NCBI GenBank assembly: GCA_964619725.1 | Contig: CAZUFC010000042.1 | Coordinates: 27,601-61,270, forward strand | DNA from: an uncultured bacterium | GTDB taxonomy: Bacteria; CSSED10-310; CAZUFC01 | DNA: 33,670 bases | Reading direction: 5' to 3' | Shown here: positions 9,878 to 19,623 of the stretch, one piece after another | Layout of the letters: every line of letters starts with the position of its first letter | Position numbering within the stretch: the first letter of the stretch is position 1 | Translations under genes and position numbers: made by a program | Notes under the pieces: generated by a model | Database searches by the model: none | Seen by the model: the letters and a program-made list of their open reading frames with translations, nothing else | What the model was told of the DNA's origin: nothing

Positions 9878-11269
9878 TTATTCGGGTCGCGTTATATGGA
9901 AATATTTCATTTTTTTCCATAGCGTGACGCGGCTGATGCCAAGAGATCGAGCGGCATCCTGTCGGCGCCAGTCATTGTCGGCGAGGGCTTTAAGAATATC
10001 GGACCTTGATAAGGAGTTATTGTTTGATCCGGCGGCGGGATTAAATTTGGAGGAAGCCTGCAGAACATTTTGAGGCAGATCATATTCGCTGATCATATTT
10101 CCCTGAATTCGAACGAAGGCATGTTCGATAGCGTTTTCCAATTCACGGACATTTCCCGGCCAGTGATATTTCTTCAATTTATCCACGGTTTTTTTCGTAA
10201 TGCCGGTTACTTTTTTTCCGGTAGAGCGGGAAAAGCGTTTGACGAAATGCTCAATAAGCAGCGGAATGTCCTCTTTTCGTTCGCGAAGACTGGGCATTCG
10301 AATGGGAAAGACGTTAATGCGGTAGAAGAGGTCTTCTCTGAAGGAGCCGTTTTCGACCAGGCTCGTGAGATCATTATTAGTAGCTGAAATAATTCTGACA
10401 TCCAGTTTAATTACTCTGTTCTGTCCAATTCTTTCAATGGTTTTAGATTGCATGAATCTCAGGAGTTTAATCTGAAGCGACAGCGGCAAATCCCCGATTT
10501 CATCGATAAATATAGTCCCTGTATCGGCTGTTTCCAATCTTCCGACCTTATCGCGAATAGCTCCGGTGAAGGCGCCTCTGACATGCCCGAAAAGGTCGCT
10601 TTCCAGGAGAGTTTCCGGCAGCGAGCAACAATTGGCTGTGATGAAGGGGTTATTGCGTCTGCTGCTGAGAGAATGTATGGCTTGGGCAGCCAGTTCTTTT
10701 CCGGTGCCGCTTTCTCCAGTAATCAGGACAGAAGCTTCGCTTTGCGCGGCGAGTTTAATGTCTGCGAAGACTTTATGCATTAGGGGTGTATCGCCGACGA
10801 GTTTTTCGAGCCGTTTTTCGGGTTTCAGGTGGCTTTTGAGATATCGAATTTCATGATCGGCTTCCTTTATGCGGGTTATATCGACCAGGTTGACTATTCC
10901 CATGACCTTGCCGTCATTCTCATCTTTCATCAGACGGGCTGATTTAAGCAGATAAACTGCCTTACCGTCCTTCCCTTCAATGCGGCACTCCCTTTCGATA
11001 TCCTCATTCTGGAACAATCGGCAACTCAAAATACCGTTCCCGCAGAATCCGTCTTTACAAACCTCGCCCGGAAGCTGCCCGCATAGATTCCCGACCATTT
11101 CTTCCCTGGAATAACCGGTGATCTGTTCAGCAGCTCTATTCCAGTAAACGATCACTCCCTGCCGATTGACCAGATAAACTCCTGAAGCGATCGATTCCAG
11201 AGCTTTCAGCAAAATATCCTTATTGGAGAAAATCATCGCATCAATTTGATCCAGGAATTTTCGCCTCAT
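9878..11269 (-). CDS. PAS-domain sigma54-dependent transcriptional activator (PAS-AAA+-Fis HTH)
   Basis: GESGTGKE, GAFTGA, FIDEIG, FREDLFYR, WPGNVRELEN and the HTH AARSLGISRVTLWKK. Confidence 0.96.
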   Translation of the reverse strand: MRRKFLDQIDAMIFSNKDILLKALESIASGVYLVNRQGVIVYWNRAAEQITGYSREEMVGNLCGQLPGEVCKDGFCGNGILSCRLFQNEDIERECRIEGKDGKAVYLLKSARLMKDENDGKVMGIVNLVDITRIKEADHEIRYLKSHLKPEKRLEKLVGDTPLMHKVFADIKLAAQSEASVLITGESGTGKELAAQAIHSLSSRRNNPFITANCCSLPETLLESDLFGHVRGAFTGAIRDKVGRLETADTGTIFIDEIGDLPLSLQIKLLRFMQSKTIERIGQNRVIKLDVRIISATNNDLTSLVENGSFREDLFYRINVFPIRMPSLRERKEDIPLLIEHFVKRFSRSTGKKVTGITKKTVDKLKKYHWPGNVRELENAIEHAFVRIQGNMISEYDLPQNVLQASSKFNPAAGSNNNSLSRSDILKALADNDWRRQDAARSLGISRVTLWKKMKYFHITRPE

Positions 11270-11767
11270 AAATCCTCCGGAATGATTACATTAGAGCGTT
11301 TCCTCTTATCGACCGATATAACTGACGCATCGGAAAACCGACTGGCGAACTGTCCGACGCCTGAGTTTAAACCGGTGAAAATAATACCGAGGCGATCAAA
11401 CTCTTCAGCGCTCACAATCAAGGTAAATCCCCGCTTGTGATTCCTGGGAAGAGTAGAATACATTGTCCTGAAAGTCAAACGATTATGAAAGCAATTTCTT
11501 ATCACTCTTATTTTGCCGCTTCAACGCGTATCAGATGGAAAATTTGAATTTTAGCGCTTCTCAGAATCTGCCTTTTCCGTTTTCTATTCATGCCGACTTG
11601 AATCCGGTTCATTTATTTTTGCAGTAAAGATTCCATTCCGTCGTCGTTCCCCAATGATCTGCGTTATCCGCCCTCGCCCCATTGTCGCTCACCTTTTCAA
11701 AATACGACGTTCTTTAAGCATAAATATTATGTCCGCATAAATTTCTGAACGAAATGCCGATTACTGA

Positions 11768-13702
11768 TTATGGTCCCTGTTTATCGATTTTGACAAGAAT
11801 AAAATGTTTCTTCTTTTCTTTAACCGCACGAACTTCCGCATTTTCTTGCGGAAGGTTCAAGATATCCTTTTTAAGAGCCAGATAAGAATCATAATTTTTC
11901 TTCTTTTTGCCGCCGGCGCCGGGTCCCGGTCTGGATTCAGGAAATAAAACGATAAACGATGGGATTTTCATCTCGTTATTTTTGATCATACTCATGGTTT
12001 CTGTAGTGGTTACGAATTCATAATTTTTATTTTTGCTAAAGGGAATGCCTTTTTCATAAAGAAGAAATTTCAGTAAAAACTTATCGTGATGAACATTGGC
12101 GAAATAACCCCATCGTTGATCGAGCAATTCGGCCAGCAATGTTACAGTCTTTTCGTTCAGCTTCGGCGCGACGTGAGGAGACCCGATGAGTAATTTAGTC
12201 TGGTTCCGGTAGAGGTTGCCGTATGCATAGGGGATGGCTGTCGACAAGATCAGCACGGCAGCGGCCGTCAACGCTGCATGCTGCCTGCGCGTAAAGGCGA
12301 GCTTTTCAATCAATTTCATCAAGGCGAAAAAACCGAGCGATGCAGCAAGGAAAAGGATATGGATAAACAGAAACATTCTTCGGGAAACAGGTTTAGTTAT
12401 AAGAGCGGGAATCAGGGAAACTATTCCCCAGAAGAAAATAAGCCGGGCAAACTGATTTCTGAGCGAGAAAATCAGAGCGACCAAACCTGCGGGAAAACAG
12501 ACGGCAACCAGAGGAAAAAGAATAGTTCTTTTTAAGAGGTGTTCCATAAACCAGTCGAGATTTCTCATAAAATTTTTCCAGGCAGCCGACAGGTTGAACT
12601 GTTTAATAATGATGTATCCCGTCTCAGAACGATGCCAGAACGCCACGTCGGGAGGGCTGTATTTTCTCTGGTAAAAAAATGTATTGAAGGGGTCGGCGTT
12701 ACTTTTCGTCTGAAGATAGAAAACGCAGCCCGTAATGACGGTGAAGATGAGCAGCCCTGATATTTGATATTTAATGCGTTCGGGCCGGATGATGATATTG
12801 ATGAAGAAGATGAAAAAAGCAAAAGGCGCCATAATTCTGATTGAGGCGTAAAAATACACGGAAAGAGAGACAGCCGTCGCCGTGAGAGCGTAAAGCGCCA
12901 TTTCTTTTTTTCTTATGGATTCATAAATCAGCGCCAGGATAATAACGCTGAACGTCCAGGTGGGCGCAATAAAGTCTCCCGTTCGGGAGACGCCCGTATG
13001 CCAAAGGGATGCGCCTAACAGAAAAACGGCAGCCAGCGCTGTCTCGAATCTCATGCCTTTTCTGAAAAACAAATAAGCGACAACCAGTCCGATCATGCTC
13101 CAGGCTGCACCGGCGATTTTTACGGCAGCTTTTGCAGGTCCGAACAATTTGAAAGCGGCCATAATCCCTGAAAGATAAACAGGCGAAAATTGAGCATGCG
13201 CCAATGTGCCCGGTTTAAGATTCCAATAATGGGCCGGGATATTCAAGGGATTGCCGTATTTCACAGCGTCCAATGCTGCCCTGGCCGTATAATCATTTAT
13301 TCCCGGAGGGAAATCGTCAATACCGTGAAACCTGAGCAATGCCGAGGCGGTAAAAACAGCGATGATCGCCGTCCATTTCACAGCCAATCTGTTCGTTCTG
13401 CTTCTGCTTTCAAATAGAAAGGTGAAAAACGACGATCCTGAGAGCAGAAGCAAACCGAAAGATGCAGCAAAAGAGAATAATGCAAGCCTGTATTGCGAAA
13501 CCATTGCCGACAGATGGGTTACTCCTGCGAACCAGAATCCGAACAGAAAAAGCGCGGTTTTTATCCTGAACTGTTTCTGAGTCCTGAAAAAAATCATGTA
13601 AAGAAACAGGATCATCAGGAAAAACAAAATGCCCCAATACCAGGCAAATGATTTTGCACCCATCCGAAAGACATTTATTATCATATTCAAAATAAAGCTC
13701 AT
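11768..13702 (-). CDS. GT-C fold membrane glycosyltransferase (ArnT/PMT-like)
   Basis: Polytopic membrane protein with LRFHGIDDFPPG loop, SLWHTGVSR and YFYASIR segments typical of this class. The acidic loop residues look diverged. Confidence 0.65.
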   Translation of the reverse strand: MSFILNMIINVFRMGAKSFAWYWGILFFLMILFLYMIFFRTQKQFRIKTALFLFGFWFAGVTHLSAMVSQYRLALFSFAASFGLLLLSGSSFFTFLFESRSRTNRLAVKWTAIIAVFTASALLRFHGIDDFPPGINDYTARAALDAVKYGNPLNIPAHYWNLKPGTLAHAQFSPVYLSGIMAAFKLFGPAKAAVKIAGAAWSMIGLVVAYLFFRKGMRFETALAAVFLLGASLWHTGVSRTGDFIAPTWTFSVIILALIYESIRKKEMALYALTATAVSLSVYFYASIRIMAPFAFFIFFINIIIRPERIKYQISGLLIFTVITGCVFYLQTKSNADPFNTFFYQRKYSPPDVAFWHRSETGYIIIKQFNLSAAWKNFMRNLDWFMEHLLKRTILFPLVAVCFPAGLVALIFSLRNQFARLIFFWGIVSLIPALITKPVSRRMFLFIHILFLAASLGFFALMKLIEKLAFTRRQHAALTAAAVLILSTAIPYAYGNLYRNQTKLLIGSPHVAPKLNEKTVTLLAELLDQRWGYFANVHHDKFLLKFLLYEKGIPFSKNKNYEFVTTTETMSMIKNNEMKIPSFIVLFPESRPGPGAGGKKKKNYDSYLALKKDILNLPQENAEVRAVKEKKKHFILVKIDKQGP

Positions 13703-13986
13703 GGTGAAAACACCGCTTTCAAGCGCTTCCTGACAAAAATAAACGAGATATCATTCAGGGTCAAGGCTCATGCTCCTCTGCACCGCGGCTTTGAAACAAT
13801 TGGGAAAGTTTTCCCCGGCGCACGAAATAATGCAACAGTTAAAGCAATTTCTCGACATGGCAGCGGAACGAAGAGCATGATCTATCAGCCCGACAGTTTT
13901 GCATGACAGACTTAAAGTCCTTTTCATCCTGCGTTTGAATTGAAAGATCGACACCATTTCACTAACATAGTCATGAGAGGAACCGA

Positions 13987-14973
13987 ATGCGCAAACCGAC
14001 GGAATTGGAAGAAAAAACACTGACGGAAAAAGCGAGAAAAGGCGATAAGGATGCTTTTAATCGCCTGGTCGAAATTTTTACCCTGCCCCTTATCGGACAT
14101 ATCCTGGCCCGGATAGGAGGCTCCCGCAGCGATGCGGAGGATATCGCACAGGAAGTCTGGCTTGCCGCAGCCGGTTCAATCCGACTGAAACCTCAAGAGG
14201 GAGGCTTCGACATCCACAAAGGGGGATATTACAATTATCTTATAAACAGGTATGCGAAATTTAAAATCAGGCAATGGAAACAAAAACAAAAAAGAAATCG
14301 TGAATACCCCTTCCCGGCCGATAGAGAATTTAAAGGCTTGTATCCCCAGATCAAGGACAGCGATGAATCCTCCTCGCCTGATGCGCTCCTGCATTTTATG
14401 GAAGAAAGAGAACAAAAAGCGAAGCAATACTGGGAACTGCTGCGCATCGTTTTTCTTTGCGGAGGGTTGCCTCACCAGCAAATTTCTTTTCTTTATTCCA
14501 AGATAATATATGGGCGCAAGAGTCCCAGAGGCATTGAGGGCAATCCTAAAAAGGTGAATGAAAGACATGGGGCAGAGAGTTTGAATAAGCTTCACGAAAA
14601 GTTCTGGAAGTGTTTTAAAGCCGCCGCTCAAATTGACGAAAGTATTATTGAAGGCCGCAGGCATTACAGCGATCCGCTGAAAAAACGCCTTCAACTTAAA
14701 GTTCAAACCCTTGTAGGCAATGATTCCAGATTGATGAAATATCTCGCTAAAATCCTGAACATACAAGCCGCTGAAACAAATCTCGCTGACTATTATGCTG
14801 AATTTGCCGGCGGGTATTCTACAGCCGTTCCCGATTGGTGCTACAAAGTTGAGCGCAGAATACGCACTGTTCTCTCGGGCAAAGGTGATTCCTGCCGTCG
14901 ATGCAAATTGAAGAATCTTCCCCCCTGCAGCGATTCATCTACTGAATTAAAAAAGATAGGGAATGAAAAGTGA
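13987..14973 (+). CDS. ECF-type sigma factor with atypical extended C-terminus
   Basis: ARKGDKDAFNRLV and DAEDIAQEVW region-2 motifs; GAGGA RBS; 328 aa ending in CRRCKLKNLPPC. Confidence 0.75.
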   Translation: MRKPTELEEKTLTEKARKGDKDAFNRLVEIFTLPLIGHILARIGGSRSDAEDIAQEVWLAAAGSIRLKPQEGGFDIHKGGYYNYLINRYAKFKIRQWKQKQKRNREYPFPADREFKGLYPQIKDSDESSSPDALLHFMEEREQKAKQYWELLRIVFLCGGLPHQQISFLYSKIIYGRKSPRGIEGNPKKVNERHGAESLNKLHEKFWKCFKAAAQIDESIIEGRRHYSDPLKKRLQLKVQTLVGNDSRLMKYLAKILNIQAAETNLADYYAEFAGGYSTAVPDWCYKVERRIRTVLSGKGDSCRRCKLKNLPPCSDSSTELKKIGNEK

Positions 14974-15069
14974 TGCGGAATATTTTTTTAAATGAATTCA
15001 CTCGCATTTTTCTCGCGAGAATATCAGATCAAAGGCGTAATGATATAGACGACAGGAAGGAGGAATCGG

Positions 15070-15864
15070 ATGACTTGCCTGAACGACATCTCAGCTATTC
15101 GTTATGCCGCTGATTCCATATCGGTTTCTGAAAGGATTCAAATGGAATCTCATATGGCGGAATGCGAACAATGCCTGGATCGCATTCGTAATGTCTTGAT
15201 TCTCAAAGAAAACTTTGAAAACGTATGGAATTCGTGGACGGCTTATGATCACGGACGCGTTTTGATCCAGTTAAAAATCCTTAGAAACCTGAAGAAATTG
15301 GAGACGCTGCAGCCTTCTTACGCTGAAAAAATAAAAAATTGGTTGAGAAATCTGAGGAAAGAGACGGAGATTGCATTAAATATCTTCATTGACGGCATTC
15401 AGAGAAAGGCGCTGATCGCCGGCCGTTTTCTCCCCTCAAATCATCATTTTCAACTTCGCCCGCTGCTCACGGGAATAGGATCGCCTTTGGATCAGACGGC
15501 AGTAGAGGAGCGCATGGAGCAGGGAAGCGATTATCTTTCGAAAGGATTATGGTCAAAGGCGGAACAAGAAATTGACGAGCTGAAAAAGATCAATGCCAGA
15601 GCGGCGCATGCGGCTGTATCGGAAATTTATGATGAAAATGGAAAGAAAATGGAGGCAGCTCTGGACGGCAGGCGAAACCGGTTATCGGTAAAACTATGGA
15701 CGGGTCGGGAAAGCTCAGTGCCCAAATATCTAATGCTCATTCCCGCCGAAGAATCATATCAACCGCTGATGGTCGAATTTGAATATATTGAAGATGAATC
15801 GTTTTTTCTGGCGGAAGCGGAAGGCATGAGATTCAAAAATGCTGAGCTCATAGTAGTTTACTGA
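15070..15864 (+). CDS. Soluble zf-HC2 (ZAS) anti-sigma-like protein
   Basis: N-terminal C...HMAECEQC (HxxxCxxC); no transmembrane segment; AGGAGG RBS; directly follows the sigma gene. Confidence 0.75.
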   Translation: MTCLNDISAIRYAADSISVSERIQMESHMAECEQCLDRIRNVLILKENFENVWNSWTAYDHGRVLIQLKILRNLKKLETLQPSYAEKIKNWLRNLRKETEIALNIFIDGIQRKALIAGRFLPSNHHFQLRPLLTGIGSPLDQTAVEERMEQGSDYLSKGLWSKAEQEIDELKKINARAAHAAVSEIYDENGKKMEAALDGRRNRLSVKLWTGRESSVPKYLMLIPAEESYQPLMVEFEYIEDESFFLAEAEGMRFKNAELIVVY

Positions 15865-15901
15865 GAACATCTTCGCCTTATGACAGGAAGGCCTGCCCCC
15901 G

Positions 15902-17443
15902 ATGAATGAATGGTTTTTCATCAGAAGAGAAAACGTTATTATTTACGGGCCTATGAAGGACGGGTTGAACTATGCGGCCTATCATTGCGGGGGAGCCCTG
16001 ATTGATTGGCTGACCGTCAGAAATATCGGAGAGAAAAAATCAATCGGCATGCATCTTGAGATGCAGCTTGTAGACTACAGCGACATCTGCCATGTTTACA
16101 TACCTGAACTGGCAACCGGAGCATCCATAAATTTTGATGCGCCGTTTTTTCATTTGCATTCCGAGGCATTCCGCCGCAGCATGGAAACAACCAAAACCTC
16201 ATTGCACGTCGTCATAAACGGCGCTCACATACCCGAAGCGGAAAAAGATGTTAAGATTTACGGGTTCTGGGACTGGTCTTATTCTAAAGAAGACAGAAAA
16301 ACAATAGCGGCATTCGTTTCTCCCTATCATCCTTTCGTCGAAAATATAATCCGGGACGCTCAGATATATTTAAAACGACTGACCGGAACGGACGATTTCG
16401 AGCAATTTTTGAAAAAGGACAGGAACGATGCTGAATTATTGGTCCTGAAAAGCATTTATCAGTGTCTTTCTCAAGGCAGGTCGATCAACTATATATCACC
16501 GAAAAAGAAAACCGGCTCCAGAGATGATAAATTTTTTCAGACCCTCAGGCCGCCGGACCGCATATTTTCCAAAAATGATCCTTTCAAAGGCAAAGCCACC
16601 TGCCTGGATTTAACGGCGTTGACGGCCGCCTGCGTTGAAAATGTCGGCTTATGTCCTTTGATTATATTTCTTGGCAGAAATGAGGAAGATTTATATCACT
16701 GCTTCATCGGCATCTGGGCGAGCTCAATACCCGGCGCCAGGCATCTGATAAACGACAAGGAATTATTAAAAAATTACATTGACTCAGGACAGCTTATCGC
16801 AGCGGAAATAACAGGAGCATCAGAAGGAGCATATCCCGATTCAGTAAAATTGACGTTTGAACAGGCCGTGAGGAAAGCCCGGGCTCATCTTGACCGGAGT
16901 CCCTGGTCAGGAGCAGTGGATATTTCTGCATTGAGACCCCCGAACGGAGAAATAACGCCCCTGGATTCTCCCTGGCAGCCGGAAATAGCACAGGCATATA
17001 ATATGGCCCGGCAATTCGCCGCTCTGGAAAACAGCCGTGCCGTCGAAACAACACACCTGTTTTTCGGTCTGATCGCTTCAAGAGGCAAAGTCGTGCAATG
17101 GATGTTCCGTGAGGCTGATCTTGATATAAGCTCAATCCTCAATTCGTGGCATCGCACACATAAAGGCATTGATAGAGCGTTAAAATACCCTGATTTTTAT
17201 ACGCGGAATTTCTTTGAGATTAAGACCCTGGCCCGGGAGTACGCCGCTAAATCCTTCAGTCCATCCGTTCATGAGCAGGACTTAATGTGGGCTATTCTGG
17301 ACAAAGGCTCCAGCAGTAAAAAATTAAAGAAAATATGCTACAATTACGGAATCGATCTGGATAAATTATCCAAAATCCTGGAACTTCGCTACCCGCGCTT
17401 CTCCCCCTACTTTGAAACAGAAACCATGCCCGAAATCGACTGA
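15902..17443 (+). CDS. Transglutaminase/papain-like Cys-His domain fused to a C-terminal double Clp-N repeat domain
   Basis: FQTLRPP...ATCLDLTALTAACVENVGLCPLII...HCFIGIW...AAEIT; then ARQFAALENSRAVETTHLFFGLI and AREYAAKSFSPSVHEQDLMWAIL. Confidence 0.7.
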   Translation: MNEWFFIRRENVIIYGPMKDGLNYAAYHCGGALIDWLTVRNIGEKKSIGMHLEMQLVDYSDICHVYIPELATGASINFDAPFFHLHSEAFRRSMETTKTSLHVVINGAHIPEAEKDVKIYGFWDWSYSKEDRKTIAAFVSPYHPFVENIIRDAQIYLKRLTGTDDFEQFLKKDRNDAELLVLKSIYQCLSQGRSINYISPKKKTGSRDDKFFQTLRPPDRIFSKNDPFKGKATCLDLTALTAACVENVGLCPLIIFLGRNEEDLYHCFIGIWASSIPGARHLINDKELLKNYIDSGQLIAAEITGASEGAYPDSVKLTFEQAVRKARAHLDRSPWSGAVDISALRPPNGEITPLDSPWQPEIAQAYNMARQFAALENSRAVETTHLFFGLIASRGKVVQWMFREADLDISSILNSWHRTHKGIDRALKYPDFYTRNFFEIKTLAREYAAKSFSPSVHEQDLMWAILDKGSSSKKLKKICYNYGIDLDKLSKILELRYPRFSPYFETETMPEID

Positions 17444-17800
17444 GCTGAACAAGCGCTGCGGTTTCTGATCATCAAACGAGAAAATTTTTCTCAAGGTCAG
17501 GAAGGCAACGATTTGCGCAGCAGAAGCGACCGTCACGCCGAAGCCCCGGCGCAAGCGGATTATTGCGTATACGTTGAATGAGCAAATCCTGAGTGTGAAG
17601 CAGCATTGAGGAAAACTGGCCGTTTATGGACAGAAAATGGAGAGTTTGCGGACAGGAGTCGATACGAATCATTGCAAAGAATGCTCAAGACCCTTAAAAT
17701 GAACTCGCTGGATTTTCCCGTTTTCCTTAGAAATCGGGCGTATAATTCTGCGAAGGCGTTGACCGGCCTGTCCGGTTTTGTTTTTAAGACGGGTTCAGAG

Positions 17801-18817
17801 ATGAAAAGTTTTTCCTGGCATAAAATTCTGAATAATTACGAAAAAATTGAACGCCATCGTTTCTATATCTTGAGCTTCTCTTTTCTGTTCATAATCTGTT
17901 TTTTTTATTTTTTAAAAAACGTTCATTATGAGAATTTCTTCATCAAGCAGGAGAAACCCGTTATTTCCCTGGATGCCGTTGCGGAAGTGGAATTCCCTGA
18001 AGCCGTCTTGGACTCTTATGACGCTTATCCGGTCACCTACAGATGGAAAATAGAGGACAACGGCGACAAATGGCCCGCCTTGAACTTAAAAGTAAAATCC
18101 AAATTCGTCACTCGTTCGGGAGAAATAATAGCGGAAGACGATCATTTTCCGCCTGTTTCCGCCTCGACCTGGAAACCGGGGCAAACCATCCAATACTCCC
18201 GTTATGTTTTTTTTCCCAAATTAAGCAAACGTGAGAAAGTTTCCGTGTTTTTGGGGCTGGAAGACGAAAAAAAACAAAGAGCCGTAAGATTGCCGGGACT
18301 GCATTGGAAAAACGATCTGAACTGGGCAGGCAACGTCGTAGTAAAAGCCTCCAAAACAGCGACAAACGTTCAAAAAGGACTTTTGTATTATTACGGCTGG
18401 TATCCCTATGAAACAGGAGGCCAAGAAACGAAGGAATATAATTTCAGGCGATGGATGGGAGGCGAAGGTCTGGTTTATATAAAAAATACTCATGAGGATT
18501 CCATTCTGTATATTAAAGCCTGGGCGCCTCGTGACGTCTATCCGGAGCCTCCTGAGATACAATTCGTCCTGAACGGAATAACTCTGGAAAAATTCAAACT
18601 CGCTTCGGAAACCATCTCGAAAAAATATTCCATTCCTGCAGAATGGCTTGGGGATGATTTCAGGGTGCTCTTTAAAATAATCGTCGACCAAACGTTCATT
18701 CCGAAGGAAGTGGGTTTCGGAAAAGATAATAGAAAACTTGGCCTGTTGCTTAATGCGCTCGTTTTCAAGAAAAACGATAACTCAAAAAACAAAAAAATCA
18801 TATCCAGCGCTTCCTGA
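17801..18817 (+). CDS. Membrane-anchored extracytoplasmic beta-rich hypothetical protein
   Basis: One N-terminal TM helix (FYILSFSFLFIICFFYFL) then beta-rich domains. Start placed at ATG 17801 after TATAAT at 17741; ends 3 nt before rlmH. Confidence 0.7.
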   Translation: MKSFSWHKILNNYEKIERHRFYILSFSFLFIICFFYFLKNVHYENFFIKQEKPVISLDAVAEVEFPEAVLDSYDAYPVTYRWKIEDNGDKWPALNLKVKSKFVTRSGEIIAEDDHFPPVSASTWKPGQTIQYSRYVFFPKLSKREKVSVFLGLEDEKKQRAVRLPGLHWKNDLNWAGNVVVKASKTATNVQKGLLYYYGWYPYETGGQETKEYNFRRWMGGEGLVYIKNTHEDSILYIKAWAPRDVYPEPPEIQFVLNGITLEKFKLASETISKKYSIPAEWLGDDFRVLFKIIVDQTFIPKEVGFGKDNRKLGLLLNALVFKKNDNSKNKKIISSAS

Positions 18818-18820
18818 ATT

Positions 18821-19291
18821 ATGAAAATTAGAATCATCGCAGTCGGCAAATTGAAAAAATCATATCTTAAAGAAGGATGTGATGAGTATTTGAAGCGTTT
18901 GAAAGGATATGTGCCTGTTGAAGTAATTGAAGTCAAAGAACAAAAAGGTCATAAAAAACAAACTCCGGAATACAGGAAAGCGAAAGAAGGCGAACGTATT
19001 GCTGCTTTGATTGACGATCCCGGCCATACGGTAGCGCTGGACTCGCTCGGAAAAAAAATGAACACTATCGCGTTCAGTAAATGGATGAGAAAAAACATAC
19101 GTTCCGGTTCCCGGCAATTAACCTTTATCATCGGAGGTTCTGACGGCCTCTCATCAAGCATTAAAAAAAAGGCTTCCCTGATCCTTTCCTTTTCTCCGCT
19201 GACCTTTCCTCATGAAATGTTCCGCATGATTTTTCTGGAACAGCTTTACAGGATATTCACCGTCATTCGTTCGGAACCCTATCATAAATAA
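18821..19291 (+). CDS. rlmH: 23S rRNA (pseudouridine1915-N3)-methyltransferase
   Basis: MKIRIIAVGKLK, FIIGGSDG, TFPHEMFRMIFLEQLYR, PYHK; 156 aa SPOUT protein. Confidence 0.97.
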   Translation: MKIRIIAVGKLKKSYLKEGCDEYLKRLKGYVPVEVIEVKEQKGHKKQTPEYRKAKEGERIAALIDDPGHTVALDSLGKKMNTIAFSKWMRKNIRSGSRQLTFIIGGSDGLSSSIKKKASLILSFSPLTFPHEMFRMIFLEQLYRIFTVIRSEPYHK

Positions 19292-19597
19292 TTCGGGTAC
19301 TGATCAAATAGAGATCACAGTTTCGCGAATCACTTCTTTCCTTATCCGTAATAATCCGCGCTATCCGTGGTTTCGGAGCCTTTACTTTCCAAAACTCTGC
19401 TTGTTTTGATCACCGCCATAATTCGAAGTCATAGTGCTCCTGAAAAAAAATTACATGAAAAAAAAACCGGACACTGTACAAAATCCAGTTATACGATGTT
19501 TAACAATTGAACAAAAAAAATGACATTGAAATCAACTTTTATTTCCGTGTTCCTATAACTTATTGCAAACAAGAGGTAAAGAGAATAAATCGAAGTT

Positions 19598-19613
19598 TGG
19601 TACGCAAGTTGCT
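19598..19613 (+). promoter_or_regulatory. sigma54 -24/-12 promoter
   Basis: TGGTACGCAAGTTGCT, a near-perfect match to TGGCACG-N4-TTGCW. Confidence 0.8.
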
Positions 19614-19623
19614 TTTGAAAGAA

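Noticed and set aside
11266-11505. 79-aa ORF overlapping the activator start
   Set aside because: The ATGA overlap is suggestive, but there is no clear RBS or recognisable motif; unsupported.
19274-19291. rlmH 3' end as an SCCmec-like integration site
   Set aside because: I saw no second att copy and no recombinase in the window.
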